NCBI RefSeq assembly: GCF_964355755.1
Contig: NC_092676.1
Span: 29,592,871 to 29,656,870, forward strand
Direction: 5' to 3'
Source: Antedon mediterranea
Lineage: Eukaryota; Animalia; Echinodermata
Length of the DNA stretch: 64,000 bases
The notes below the pieces were generated by a model, which did not search any database, was not told where the DNA came from, and saw only the letters and a program-made list of their open reading frames with translations. This document shows positions 1-15,000 of this stretch, in pieces (position 1 is the stretch's first letter; every line of letters begins with the position of its first letter). The translations under genes and the position numbers were made by a program.

Positions 1-3000
1 AACATCTTTACGTGATCTAACTGCTGCGGCACTCGCACTTGCATACATACCCATACCAGCTATCGATGATGTCATAGCCTGCCCAGTAACGCTAGAAACG
101 GCAGGTTCTGTAAAAACGAATATTGAAGAATAACAATTGAATGGACAGAAAGACAGACGTGAAAAGGATGTTTAGTATTAATCACACAATCACACTTATA
201 TCACTGTCAAAATATTTAAGTTTTGTCTACACTATCAAATTTTATGTGAGAAAAAAAATGTGATGTGCCCATATATGGACATGATGTCATATCACTACCA
301 TATTTGGGTACATCACACTTTTTTGTCAACTATATGGTAGTGTAAACAGAAACAAAGGTATTAAGTACTGAAAAAGCTATTGCTACTGCTATTGATGGCA
401 AGACACATATCAAGCTTTTGTTTTTTAGTTAAATTAACTTATGTTTAGTTTGTATACTAGCTTTTGTTAATACTGTACATGTAATGTTTCTATGAATTTG
501 AAGTCTAAAATAAAGTGAAATGAATTAAAAATATCTCCAAAAATAAAGTACCTGTTGTAGGGGTTGAAGGCCGTTCAAACACATGAGCGAGTGTTTTTGT
601 TGACGGTACGTTGTCCAAGATTATGTTGAGACGTGTAAATACATACTGATCATCTCCAAGGGTAGTCTGTATTAAATGATGTAAAACAACATACAAGTAA
701 AGCTCTGTTTACACTATCAAACTTGTTTGACAAAAAAGTGTGATGTGCCCAAATATGGTAGTGACATGCACAAAGATGGTGATATGACATCATCATGTCC
801 ATATATGGGCATATCACATTTTTTTGTCAAACTAGTTGATAGTGTGAACAGAGCTTTAACAACATAAATATACAAACTAGTTTGATAGTGTGAACAGAGC
901 TTTAACAACATAAATATACAAACTAGTTTGATAGTGTGAACAGAGCTTTAACAACATAAATATACAAACTAGTTTGATAGTGTGAAGAGAGCTTTAACAA
1001 CATAAATATACAAACTAGTTTGATAGTGTGAACAGAGCTTTAACAACATAAATATACAAACTAGTTTGATAGTGTGAACAGAGCTTTAACAACATAAATA
1101 TACATACAAAAATAAACATGCAAACTAAAGTAAAAACACTAAAAAAATTGAAGTTTGTTTAATTCAGCAAATTTATTATTGTTATTTGATTAAAAACAGT
1201 AATTGTGTTAATGTTTTTATTGTTCAGCAAAGAATTAAAAGACATTTATAAAAAAACAAAACAGAATGTTAGAAGTTTTGAAACAAAGTCGAAGTACAAA
1301 CATTATCAACAATATTAAAGAAATAACAAATAAAAAAAAACATAAATGAAAAAATAAGAATAATACAACACATAGTACAACCAAATTAATTCCACATCAA
1401 TAAAACATTATTTAGTAGATTAATTACTAATGCATTCCATTCAAAATGGTATTAATTCATGTTTAATTAATGTCTCCATCTTACCATTAAATGACCATCA
1501 TCCTAACATAGCAGCAGAAATAAAGATTCACAAAAAATATTTAAAAAAAATATATGCTTTCATTCCATTAAATGTGTTTTAAATATGTTTTACTTATTGC
1601 AAAAAAAGAAGAAAATATGGATATGGAATGCAATGACAATTTAAAACAGTGATTTTAGTGATTAAAAAACACATGTTTAATTATATATTTAAAATAACAA
1701 ATTTATACATATTTTGATGTAGTATTATGTAAAGCTATCAAACTAGTTTGAAAGAAAAAGTGCCCAAATATGGTAGTGATATGCTTAAATATGGTAGAGC
1801 TATGATATCATCATGTCCATATATAGACAGAGCTTTAGATGAGTGTATTATATATTTAAATAACAAATACATATTTTGATGTAGTATTATGTAAGCTATC
1901 AAACTACTGTAGTTTGATCAAAGAAAGTGTGATGTGCCCAAATATGGCAGTAATATACTTAAATATGGTAGTGATATGACATCATCATGTCAGAGCTTTT
2001 ATATGAGTGTATGTATGCTTAAAAAAGTGTCATTGTACATACCTCAGTAGATGAATGCACCCCAGTAGTTTCTGGGACATCCAGCATGTGGTTAGGAATG
2101 GCCTCACATGATTGGATCATAGAATAAGATCTTACAACAGTATTGAAGAAGGCTGATGGAATCTTATATTTCACTATGAAAACAATTATTAGAAAAATAA
2201 TGATGAAAAATGATAATGATGTTGAATAATTGCTTTATATTTCATTTACAAGGCCAAATCCAGGCAAGCGAAAGCTTTTTATTTGGTAGTTTTGTCAAAT
2301 AAGTTGAGCAATGTAATTATTATTATTTGACAATAAAGAGATATGTATTTTTATATAACACCTCGCCTTGTTGAAATATAACCTTTCATCATTCACCTCA
2401 TGCCATTATTTGTACCATTACACTCATTATTTGTATAATATAGAGCTGTATCCGCATTAACACTCATGGCACTCAACAGTGGAGTTAGATGTTACACCAA
2501 CAACATTCTTCTCCACTAAGGGTAATTTCATGCCAATGGCTGGAAACTACAATGGTTGCCATGCTTCTTCACCAATCTCAAGATCGTTGGGTCGAATCCT
2601 GTACTTACAGCCAATGCAGTACTAACACTTAAGTCTACTCTACCATATTAATTACTTACATCTGGTAGCTTCAAATTCCTTTTTCACAGCATTTGGTCCA
2701 ATCCAATAATCGACCATTCCGGCAAGGTTTGTCTGGTCAAACTCGTCCAAAATACTACTACCATACACGATCTCCGTCAACATGTAACGCAAACCAATCC
2801 AAGACACGCCCTTTAAGCCGTCACCCTCTGGATGTGGCGTGTCCTTGAATACAACTTTAGATATCGCCAAGGCTTCCTATGAGTACAATTAAATTAATTA
2901 ATGAATGTTTTTTAATTGTAATTTCATTCTATACATGATGTAATTGTGAATGTTTTACCATATTTTCTGCCCAGGAAAACAATTTTTCCATGTAAAAATT

Positions 3001-6000
3001 TTATATATGGAACAAATAAAGATTTGATTTGATTGATTTGAAAATGTTATAAGATGTTACGTAATATAAATAAATCTAAACCGCCTAGATATATATAATA
3101 TACATTTGCTTATTTTTTCTGTAAAAATAAATGTAATTTTGTATGCCTTATGTCATCATTATCATCATGTTTTAAAAATGTTTTGTGTCCATTTGGTTTA
3201 GGAACTTGACTCACATCAATTTCGTTAAACTTGAAGTCCATGTCCTGTGGTAAGTTCCATCCAGCTCGGCCAAAGCGCCCTCTCAATCGAAGTGCACCAT
3301 GCAGCATTATCAAGTTGTGAAGTAATGGTGGCCATTCACTCCGCGAGCTTGTCTTCAACAAATCGGAATCAATCAATGAAATTCCTCGAACTAAATTCTC
3401 TCGCATAATCTAAACAAAAATAAATAACAGGTTTCATAGCAAATTATGATATGTCCATTTTAAGTTCCTTACTGAGAAGTGAATTTAAACAATAGACAAA
3501 CATAAAAAGTCTGTATATAACCAGTATCATTTCAACCTTTTTCTCAACAACCTCCCAGATATCATACTACTGGTTTTAGTACATTTCTGTGTTACAATAC
3601 TTACCTGAGGAGAATCCACAACAACTCTAAATGCATACTGCAACAGTCGTACAGATATGTTTTGCGTCATTTCAGCCGAGATCCACAGTCGAAAAGTGCC
3701 CTCATCCTGGGAGGTGTCATTCTCTTTTAAGAAGCTCTCTAAACCTGTGAGAAGTCCTTCAGCATTTTGACCATTTTGAAGCAGCACCCAGCTTCCCTAG
3801 AAAATGGTATGGGTTCAGTTTTAAGTAGTCATCATTGGCAATAATACTAATATATTCATTTCCTCTATAATTGTAGAATAAATGTTTCTTATTTGGGGCT
3901 AGTTTCCATACATTCAAAGAAGCTGATGTATCACCTATTAACCTTTGACCTGATACTGACCTCTTGCATAGCTTTGACCAGAACCTTCCTCACTTGTCTA
4001 CCTTCATTCTGAGAGGCTCCACTCAGGAATACTGTTGCGGTTTTAGTTTGTTTCTTGTTGGCAAATTCAGTAAACAGTCTGGTAGCGAGCTGTGCCTCTG
4101 AAGTGTACATCAATAGAATGGGCGTAGTGGGTGAACTCTGGCGTAACACACTAGCCAAGTCTAATAGTGACTCGGTTACATATCTAGAAAGAATTCATTT
4201 ATTTTATTTCTTTTATTTTAGTGAAAGTGGAGCACTAGCAGGAGAGACAAAAGATAATGTTGACTAATATCAAAACCTCCTACAGTATCGTAAATTGCAG
4301 CTTTTAGGATCATGTAACAATGATTCTACTCCAGTTACTACATCATAGACCACCAATGCCAACTCTGACTAACAATATTATAAATCATTTTCATTTTTTT
4401 AAGTATTCCATAATTATTTTATAAATTGTCATAACATATTAAATTGAGGGGGAAGTCATGATTCAACATTTGATCTTTATTAGATCTTTTTTTTGTGTTT
4501 ATTCCTGATTGTTTTAAATCACTAAACTATAAGTACCGCAAGTACTTCAGACACACTCACCTTTTCCCTAGAACAGTACTAACAAAGATAGTAGCAGCTT
4601 GCATAATACGATCAGGTCTGAACGCTCGCAGTATCATAAACCTCTGCATTGGATTGTACACATCGTCCATTTTCTCCGGTAGGGAGTAAGACTCCGGCGT
4701 TTCATGCTCACCAAGTGTACGCCACTGAGTTTCACGTCCGTCTTTGGACATTCGGTCAAACATGTCTTGGAACCATTCAAAATGCATCGCCATCAACTGC
4801 AAGATAATAAATATAATAATGCAAACACAACTATCTCTTTAGTTTGAATTTATGAAAGGTTTTGTTTAAACCACTTTTATTCAATAAAACAAAAGGCATC
4901 AGACTGTTTTGTTTTGTTTTTGTTCTTTTCTGACGAAATAAATGAAATGATAAAAATCCCCTAATAAAACAAACCTGACAGCTGAAATAAGTTGTTTATG
5001 TTGCTTATTTAAATGGACTATTAATAAATACCTGTAGGTTTTGAAACTGATTATCAGACATCCAATCAAAAGGCTTCTTAGAAAGTGCAATCTTGTGGTC
5101 AGGGGCAACCACTTTACCGATGGATGACATCACAGCAGCACCAAACTGAGGAGAGATGATGAACTCACGCTCACCATGGCCCAAGTTCCCAACTGAATCC
5201 TCTACCTACAAAACAAATATTTAGTTTATATTTAATCCCTCTTTGTTGGAAATTACGATGATGAAGATGAGGAATTATTTGTTTGATGCCTACCTCCATT
5301 GCCAGCAGTACCAAGTGAATGTTACGATCTTTCTCCAGTAATGATCTTGATAATGTCATGCATGCTGAGTATGTCAGTCTCTCTACCACTGCCTTCACTG
5401 CAGCTCTAAAAAACAATTCAAAAACAATATCACAAATACTATAAGACTGTCTGACTATGAGTGACATAGTACACTAGATGTAGTGAGTCTCTATAATGAA
5501 AATCTGGCATTACGATTGAATGGACTTGCTTAGTGACCACAACAAAATAGTATGTTTAGATGATAAATGGATGAAAAAACTGTTAAAAGAAGTAAAAAAA
5601 TGGGGAGAAAAAAACAAAGATAGAAATGAACGCTCAATCATGACCTGACAACCCAACAATGGGTAATGCATAGGTATTCATACGCTTTATAACTGTCTTT
5701 TTAAAGCGCAGTGGACACTTCATCTCTCCTAAGGGTCTCTTCGTATCAAGCGCATGCTTCCACACAATGCTCTTTCACAATGACAAAGTGTTATGAGAGT
5801 TTGTGCTGTGGATTCATTCTAATGGAATACTAACACTAATAATGGCTGGTATTCATCATTTGTGATGGAAATGCAATGACCACAGCAGACACATACCGGT
5901 GTATAGTCTTGAGTGAAACAGACTTTTTACGTGGCTTTTTACATGCAAGAAACCTAAAGATGAGTGCAAGACAAAGGTACACTCAGTGCAAGTAGTTACA

Positions 6001-9000
6001 GAAGTAAAAGTATTATTGAAAGACGTTGCATACTTAGCAGTGTTCATTTATTGTGCTGGAAAACTAAAAGTGGTGCACTGTGTATTTGGTATTGTAAGAA
6101 GCAGAACGATATGATTTCTATAAATTTATTTGCTGTTAAACATTTTCTGTTAACAGATGTGAAAAAACAGATAGAAAAACAGATAGATTTAGCAAAATTA
6201 GAAAGATTTTTAAGCTAAAATAAACATGCATAATAGATTGTTTAGTGTAAATAAACAAACAAAAATCAATACACTATTATTACCCTAGTAAAGGGTCTGT
6301 CTGTCAATTTAAATCGTCTTTTTACCTTTCTGAGTGTTTGATTGAAGCGTCATAAACCTGTAGAAACTGTTGCCAGGAAGATTGGTAAATTGGGTTAATT
6401 TCAGTGAGACCTCTGGCAACATTGAAGCACACCGCTCCACGCTTTGCGATTGATCGGTAACTCTCTTTAGCATTACGAATCGATCGTTCAGATGTTATCA
6501 CTCTTCCTTGGCTGTAAGAAAAGTTTCAAATATTTGAATAGTCACTATTATTTAAAAAGTCACTACTGAGATGTTTTTTTACCTCTAATTTATTTATTTA
6601 CCTTTATTTATTTAATATTCAATCAGATTTTAAGGAAGACATTTTTGAAAAGAATCTGCAGAACAAGAATTTGTATCACCTTTCTAAAGTCTCATCGTAA
6701 TGTTTTTTCATATCAGCAAGTTTCTTTGTCGTTTGTAAATCATTCAATAGCCTCTTATCACCTGCAAGACATTCTAACATCTGTCTCTCCAACTCCTCCA
6801 GTTGCTGCATGTTGCCAATCTTTTCCTAGATAACATATAATTGAATAGTTTTAGTTCATGATAAGTGAATATTGGTGTTTATGATGCTACAACCGTTTTT
6901 CTGAAGAAACTCTTTTCGAGTCACAACCCTCACTACTGAAGACTTAACAACTGAAATGTTCAGAGATTCTCAAATCACTCCAACTTTGGGAGCACATGGT
7001 GTACAGTAACCCTGTTTAGTTTTTGCACAAGTAACACTAAATCTTATTTCTCTTTTTCTTTTTAGAAATTCAATCTTACTAATATGCTTAGTTAAAGCTC
7101 TATCTACACTGACTATCAAACTAGTTTGACAAAAAAGGTGTGATGTGCCCAAATATGGTAGTAATATGACATCATCATGTTCATAATGGGCACATCACAT
7201 TGTTTTGTCACATTTAGTTTGATAGTGTAGACATAGCTTAAGGTAGAATACAGATCATGTATATTTTCAGTACCTTAGCATAAGTTACTCTGTCTTCTTC
7301 AAGCCTAGCCTTCTCCAACTGCATGAACCTATCCAGTAACTCTTCCTCACAATCCTCAGCTGTTTGATAGAAGTACTGCACACTGGTATACGCCGCCAGG
7401 CAGTTAGGAATCGTGTGTGGTTGGTTTGTGGTGTGGAGGTAAAGACGGAAGCTAGGATTGCACTCTACTTCATGGTCAGCTACCTGATAGAAGACATGAG
7501 AATGGTATATGATCAATGGATAGTTTGTACATTAATATAACAATTAATAAACTAGTTGTTTAGTCAAATGAGGTTTCCGAGACAATTAATAGGAAGGCTT
7601 CGATTTACGAAGACCTAAGATTTACTGGGTCATTGGGATGTGTTTCATAACACCACACTAGTTTGACAAAAAAAGTTAGTACCCAAATATGGTAGTGTTA
7701 TGCCCAAATATGGTATTGATTTGACATCATCATGTACATAATGGGCACATTTTTGTCACCTAAAGTTTGATAGTGTAGACAGAGCTTTACACTTAGCCGA
7801 TTCTAGGTTCAGGAGGCAATGACCAATGACACAATATGCGTAGAGTCCTAGGTAATTGTAAATCAAACGTTCTATATTACTGAATGTTTATAATGTAGTA
7901 AACGTCTTACCATCATTTTGAATGGCATTTTACTGGTCATAAACGTCATCCTTTTACGTAATACTTGATAAAAACGAAAATCGTCTGTCAGTGCTATAAC
8001 ATTGCAATCTGTGATCACCAGAGATGACCCTTCTGTCAGGCATGTCTCCAATTGAGACCTCAACTCCTGAAACACAGAAAGGAAAATGAAGAAGAGGATA
8101 TATATATTAAGCGCTGATACAGCTAGACAATGAGAATGACAAGTAATTTATTTTATTTATTTCTTCTTTATAATGAGGGACATCTCCAGTCAAAAACTGT
8201 TCTACCAGAGGACCCAGTATACAGAAAATCAAACAGTTACAAAGTTAAAAAACAAAGACAAAACACAAGATATAAACAAACCAACCAGCAACACTAAACT
8301 ACTAGCAGCATTGAACATAATTGAGATATTCGAAAAATGTCTTCATCTGGTTTTATGTTAAATATCTGTATAGAATTCTTTATTTATTACTGGTTGAATG
8401 AATTGTATACAGATATATAATTGAGATACAATCCAACTTACATGATATTTTACTTTCATAAGTTTACCACCTTTAAATGCTTTAAGCCAGTCCAAGACAC
8501 GACTTGTTGGATCACACAGCAATGGCCATGCTGTTGAACTTAATTCTTGCGTAATGAAACAGGCATTATCACATGACACTGGGGTCATCGGCAGATTGAG
8601 CAAGCGGAACGATTCAATATCCACCTAAACATACAAAAAAAAACAATATCAGTTAGTTACTACTACTGGTTTATTTCATTATTTTAGAGGGGTTATCAGG
8701 TTAAATTAATTTAATAAACATGGCAGTTATTATTTTATCCAAGTAAGTATCCGCCGTATCATCAGTTACCTTTGAAAATAAGAAGTCTATCATCTGAATA
8801 TGTTTGAACAGTTGCCTTCGTGGTACAGGTAGACTGTGTCTGGAGCAAACTTGCATAAAGAATGACGCAAGACGTTTACGTGAGTCAATCTGCATCCCGC
8901 CACAGTATGTCAGGAATGCAGAGGCTGCCAGACAAGTGCCTAGTAGCAACTCATTCACTGAATTTTCATCCACGTAATCTTTCCATCTTTTTTCTGCTTC

Positions 9001-12000
9001 CTTCAAACTGATAAAAAATGAAAAGTCATTGGGTGTACTTGTAAAGCTCTGTCTACACTATCAAACTTTATGTGACAAAAAAATGTGATGTGTCCATATA
9101 TGGACATGATAATGTCATATCACTACTTTATTTAAGCATATTACTACCATATTTGGGCACATCACATTTTTTTTTTGTCTACTTTGATAGTTTAGACAGA
9201 GCTTAAGTCTGGTATTAAATTTATCTTTTACTTACAAAACTCTTGCTTCAAAATAATTACTATTATATTCATAGTCTAAATTGATGTTATTTTATTTTCA
9301 GTGAGTGAGTGGCCGAGCGGTTAAGACAGTGGAACCGTAATCACGTAGCCATAACATCGGCAAGGGTTCGAGGCTCACTCACTCCATGGTTCTGGTGGTA
9401 GAACGAGTCTTCTCGGATAAGGACTCTAAACCGTAGGTCCAGTGTACACAACTTGCTCGTGTGCATTTTAAAGAACCTAGTACATCTTTCGAGACGAGTA
9501 GGGGGTTACCCCGGTGTATTAGTACATCACAGCCACTGATCACCAACTGGGCCCTCTGGGAGATCAGTCTTTGACTGAAGAGGTTACCCAGTATAAAGAT
9601 AAAACAAACAAATTTACATAAATAGAGTAAAGAATTGATAACAAAACAGATATAGATATAAACAAAAATTGTATTGGACTGTGAAAGTGTTGACAATGAG
9701 ATTTACCTGTAAATCATGTCAACGGCCGCTCTTAACCTCTCGTTGCTAGCGACAAGCTCAATCTCCAATGAATGCTTCTCTCTTACGGCATCATCAAATG
9801 ACTTCTGAAGCAGGTCCAGTTCATCTTGGATGGCAGGGATGTCTGCTTCTGTGTATTGCTTCTCTGGTTCTCCTGATGACTCACTCTGGTTCTCCTCCGC
9901 TTCTCTTGCTTCCTAGAAACGATTTATAAATACAAATTAAATTTCAATAAATTTATTGTATTATATAGATTTATGGTACATCAAATTTAAAATATCTATG
10001 TTCTGTATGTACTGTAACTTTCAAATATTGTTGAATTCTATAATGCTTCTTAAACTGACTATAGTTGTTCTCTGCTTGTTTTACATTTCACATTATATTA
10101 CTTACTTTCTATTTACATGCTACAAGCTACAAAACTAAAACAAATAAAAACAATTGCACATACATAAAGGCTACTACTTGTATACTACACTTTTATTATT
10201 GTTGTAGCTCACATAATCTACAGTACACACTAAAGAGTTATACAGAAAATGTATGACTTAAACACAAGCAACTCATTATTACACTATAGTGTTAAACATT
10301 CACATACAACAAATAGTTTTATAGAGTTATTTAAAAAATATTAACAAATACGGGTTTTCTTTTATTTGTTTTCCCTTCCTATTCTACACAAATTATTTAA
10401 AATCCTAAACACTTGTCTACTACATTAACATGCGACATGTTGCTATCACATGCAATGCTTACCACCATTCGTTTCAAGATTCTAGAGAACCAGAAAAGCT
10501 GAAGATTGAATAGGTTAAAAGCAACACAATATTATTATAATTTGTCAGAATAAAAAAAAAACAAGATTTTTCTATTTGTAATTAAGATGTTTAGCACAGA
10601 CAAATAATTATACAGTTCCAAAGGTCAAACATCTTTTCCTTATAGGTGTGTCCCTTAAATAGAGACTGGTTGTAGTATTAAAACATATATTGCCCTTAAT
10701 AGGAGTGTCCCAAAGGTGGGACTGTATGAATAGCTGGTTGTAGAAAAATAAACCATAGATTATGAGACATAAATCAAATAAAAGGTTAGCTGTAAAATAG
10801 TATCCTCCTTTTAAATCAAGAATTGTAAACAACAATAATATTTATACTACAATATAAATACTACGGAGGTCTCTCAAACCATATAAATACTACGGAGGTC
10901 TCTCAAACCATATAAATACTACGGAGGTCTCTCAAACCATATAAATACTACGGAGGTCTCTTAAAGCAATTCAAACCATAATTTTCTATCATCAGCATAA
11001 TAATTCTTTAACATAAACGAAATCATTATAATCATTAAACAAAAAACCTCTATCAAATAAATCATTTCTAATCACAGACAGGAAAAAAATGTAAGAAAAA
11101 TTGAATCTTCTTACCCTCTCTTCTTTCTCAACTTGAAGTTTTTCATTTTCCATTTTCTCTCTCTCAAGTTCCTTAAGTTTCTCGAGAGCTTCTTGTAGAG
11201 GACCACACAGATGGGAGTACTCTACGATGGCACAGGTGTATGCCACAAGTGTACCAGCATCTTCCGAACTGTAACGAGTCGTAGCAATTGTGATGCCTTC
11301 ACCTCCAGAGGGCGACTTACGAGATGATGCTGGCAATTTTGGTCCTCCTGTTAGAGGTGGGAAAAATATCAATTTGGACGAACATCAGAAAGATAAAATA
11401 TATAGTGTCAGTTAGATCATGGATACATTTATGAGTACTGTTTTGTGGTTAGTATTTAGGTGCATAGAAATATTAATCTTTTTTCAAATATAATTTCACA
11501 TCTTCTGCCTTATAAAGGTACAGCCTTTTAGGACTGATGAGTTTTCGAAAAATGTATTTCTTTCTTTAAACGTCTCATATTGACAAGTATTTATTTGTGA
11601 TAACAATTTAATTGTTTATACAGAGTTCATCAGAACTGCAGACTGTAAATGTATTAGCTTATGCCTACCTGGTACATCGAGTAAGGACCCTTCCCCAGTG
11701 ACCCCTTCTCCATCTTTAGTCTTTGGTAGGAAATACTCCACATTGGCGAGGATTGATTTGTCAAGACCATTCTCCCAGCTAATGGTGTGAAGGTGTTCAA
11801 CAAACTTATTGGAGTCATTCATCGTCACTTGAAGTTGTTTCCACTTGTTCTTCTCTGATATGTTATCTTTTGATTCTATTTAAAAAGTAAAACAAATATT
11901 GTGTCATATATGTCAATGTGTCTTTGTATTTAATAATAATAATAATGGTAGTCTTTATAGCGCCTAAGCACTTTACACACAAAGAAAAACCCATAAAAAT

Positions 12001-15000
12001 ATCCTAAGATAACCAAGGAAGATGATGGAAAGAAAACATTTTCACCGCTTTGTTTTCCAGCCTTTTGAAGCTCCAAAATGAGAGTTCACAGGAACAGAGT
12101 TCACATTTTTGTATGTGCATGGCCACAAAATGAGTTTATCTGGGCCTCTGAGTATTATTAATAAGTTGAATTGAATTGAAATGACTTTACAAAGACACAA
12201 GTCTTATCTTACTATTTAGAGCCTGTAAACTAAAAAGATAATTTAGTCTACCTCAATAAAAGTTCTCCTTTTAACTACAGACAACCAAAAATGGGATAAA
12301 ATAAGGAAAGTACAGTAAGATAAAGTACAGTAAGACAAACTTAAAATACATACTGGAACTCTTCCAGATTTTACTAGGACTTTTCATGCCGATTGAGCTT
12401 GTTCTGCCAGACAACATGGATGAGTTCTCATCGCTTGGGTAGGTCAACCTTTCAGACTTCTCTGGTTGTACAGGCTTAGACTTTCCAAGTAGTGCCATGA
12501 TCATCTCCAGAACTTGGAGCACGATTGGAGTTGGGTTTTGAAAAGAGCGCACTCGCTCAATGCATGCTCGATCAACTCTATCCTTCCAAAAGATAACCTA
12601 AAAATAAAAGAATATTATATTGATACTGCTGTTGATATTCAAGTGTCGTGGGTTTAAACTAAGAAAGTTGTTACTTATCCCTTTTGTTCTAAAAGCTTTT
12701 TCTATTTCATCTCAAAATATAATTTTGAATTACTGTCATTGTTATTTAAGCAACTTGTGTTTAAATTGTGATGCTAAATAATTTAAGAAAGTTGCGCTTT
12801 ATAGCTTTTTTCTTATAGTTTATTCTTTTACATCTCGAAAAACTCTTTAAAAAAAATCAAATTAAGTATATTTCATTCTAACCTGTTCACGAGCTTTTTG
12901 TAAACTTGCTCGGCATTCTTCCAACTCTTTCGTTGCTTTCAGTAGTTCTTCTCCGATTGCAACCTGGCGGCATTTCAGGTTTTCTTCACGCAGACGATCA
13001 AATTCTTTGTCATATTCATCTCTATCATCTACAATTTCAAAAACAATTTATTTAAACAAGACTGAAGGATACTTTGACAATTAGGCAAAGAACTAAGTGT
13101 TGGTATTCCATCTTTAAACTGTAGAACAAAACTCTGTCTACACAAACTCTGTCTACACTATCAAACTAGTTTGACTAAAAAAGTGTGATGTGCGTAAATA
13201 TGGTAGTGATATGACCAAATATGGTAGTGATATTGTCTATATATGGGCACATTTTTTTGTCACAAAGAGTTTGATAGTGTAGCTTAATATATTCATCATT
13301 GTGTAGGTCATAGGTCGTCTTAATCTGGCGCTCCCAACATGTCTTACCATCCATAAGTAGCTCGTCCTGTTCTTCTTCATCACTCTCCACTTCCGTCATC
13401 TGCAGGAAGGCATTCAAACTTCCCTGAGACTGCTGGTACAAGGCTTTGGTCTTTTCCAAGACAGTAGCTTTACTGCTAAGTTGCTTTAGCAACATTGCTG
13501 TCTTTTCACTGGCTTCTTCAAACAACTTTTGAAGTCTTGCTATTTCTGCCTTCTTTGCACGTGCATCTTCTCTGGTCTTTGAAAGGCAGGATAAAGTTTT
13601 CCTAAAAAAAATCATAATTTAAATCACTTCACTGGCTTCCCATTAATAACACAAACTATTTTTAAACTAATTTTAATTACATATAAATCTCTTTATGACA
13701 ACTTTCCAATTTAATTATACGTAGATCTTCGGTTTGCAAAAGATCTCTTAGGTCGAACACTAATCCATCTGCCACCTTAAACTGAGGAACAATCTTCCTG
13801 ATCCTATTAAAAATGCATCCTCTATCAGAGTTTTCAAAACACTCTTAAAAACCTTTTTTCCTTATAATATTTTTCTCTCAGCGCTTTTGGACAACCTTTT
13901 GATTGTATAAGCGCTATATAAATCGAACAACATAACATAAATAAATATATTTAAAATTAAAAAAATTTATTTAAAATTTGAATCTAAGTACTTACTTAAG
14001 TTGGTTAACTTTGGTTGTATTTTCTTTGCTTTTGGTTGTGTATAGGTATTTAAAACAATCCATAAACCGGCGGAATGTACGAGGACCAATGAATAGTTCA
14101 TGTTTGCCTGGTTCATTATCAAGTCGATGCTTCAGCTGAAGAGAAATTATAAATAATAGTATGTACAAGGATTGAAGAAAATGATGAAATGATGAAATGG
14201 GGTCTCAGGAAACCAGGAGGTTTGTGTGATAGAGATCCAAGATTACTTTAACAAAATAATATAAAAAATTGGCTTACAAAATAATAGTTTAACAGTAAAA
14301 AAATTGTGAGGGGGGAAAAAACAGACAAGCTAATTATCAGTGACTAAACATATACACGCCCTTTGGAACACCTCTATTAAAGACATGTTTCTGTAAAATG
14401 AACAAGTGAAAAGTTTATGGCCAAGTAACCGTAACCGCTATACAAGGAATAAAACTAATAAGGGGACTATTTGTTTGGCCATTAGAAGTTATTCTCTTAA
14501 CAGTGGTGCTAATATATTGCAAAGTATTGTTGGTGACTGTCAGATTGTTCCATTATGCCATAGGGGGGTTTTGAATATCAATTAGGTACATAGTCATAGC
14601 TACCTCAATCCTTTGTCTCATGATACTCTTAGTATATGGTAGATTATCAACTTCTACATTAGTGACTTTAATTGTCTCTTTCTTGCCTTGTATCTTGACC
14701 TGGGTCAACGTTGTCTTGTCACTAGTCTCCCCTGCCCAGGGAATCTGATTGCAGTTATGCAGGACATGACTGTGGATCTTTGCCATACAGGACACAATAT
14801 TATTTCTACAGGATATAATAATTCATTCTTATATAGCGCATATAAACAAGCTCTCAATGCGCTGTACATAAATTAAAATAATTAAATTAATGAAAAACTT
14901 GTTAGAAAAGGAAATATAAAAATATGAGAGAAAATTTTAACCAAGAGGGATTAATTTGTTGATACACCATCAATGATAAAATGGTTGTTTCAATATTGAA

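Noticed and set aside
10463-10481. ag/gtaag-flanked 19-nt segment on the minus strand
   Set aside because: Not frame-preserving between phase-0 exons; unsupported without reads.
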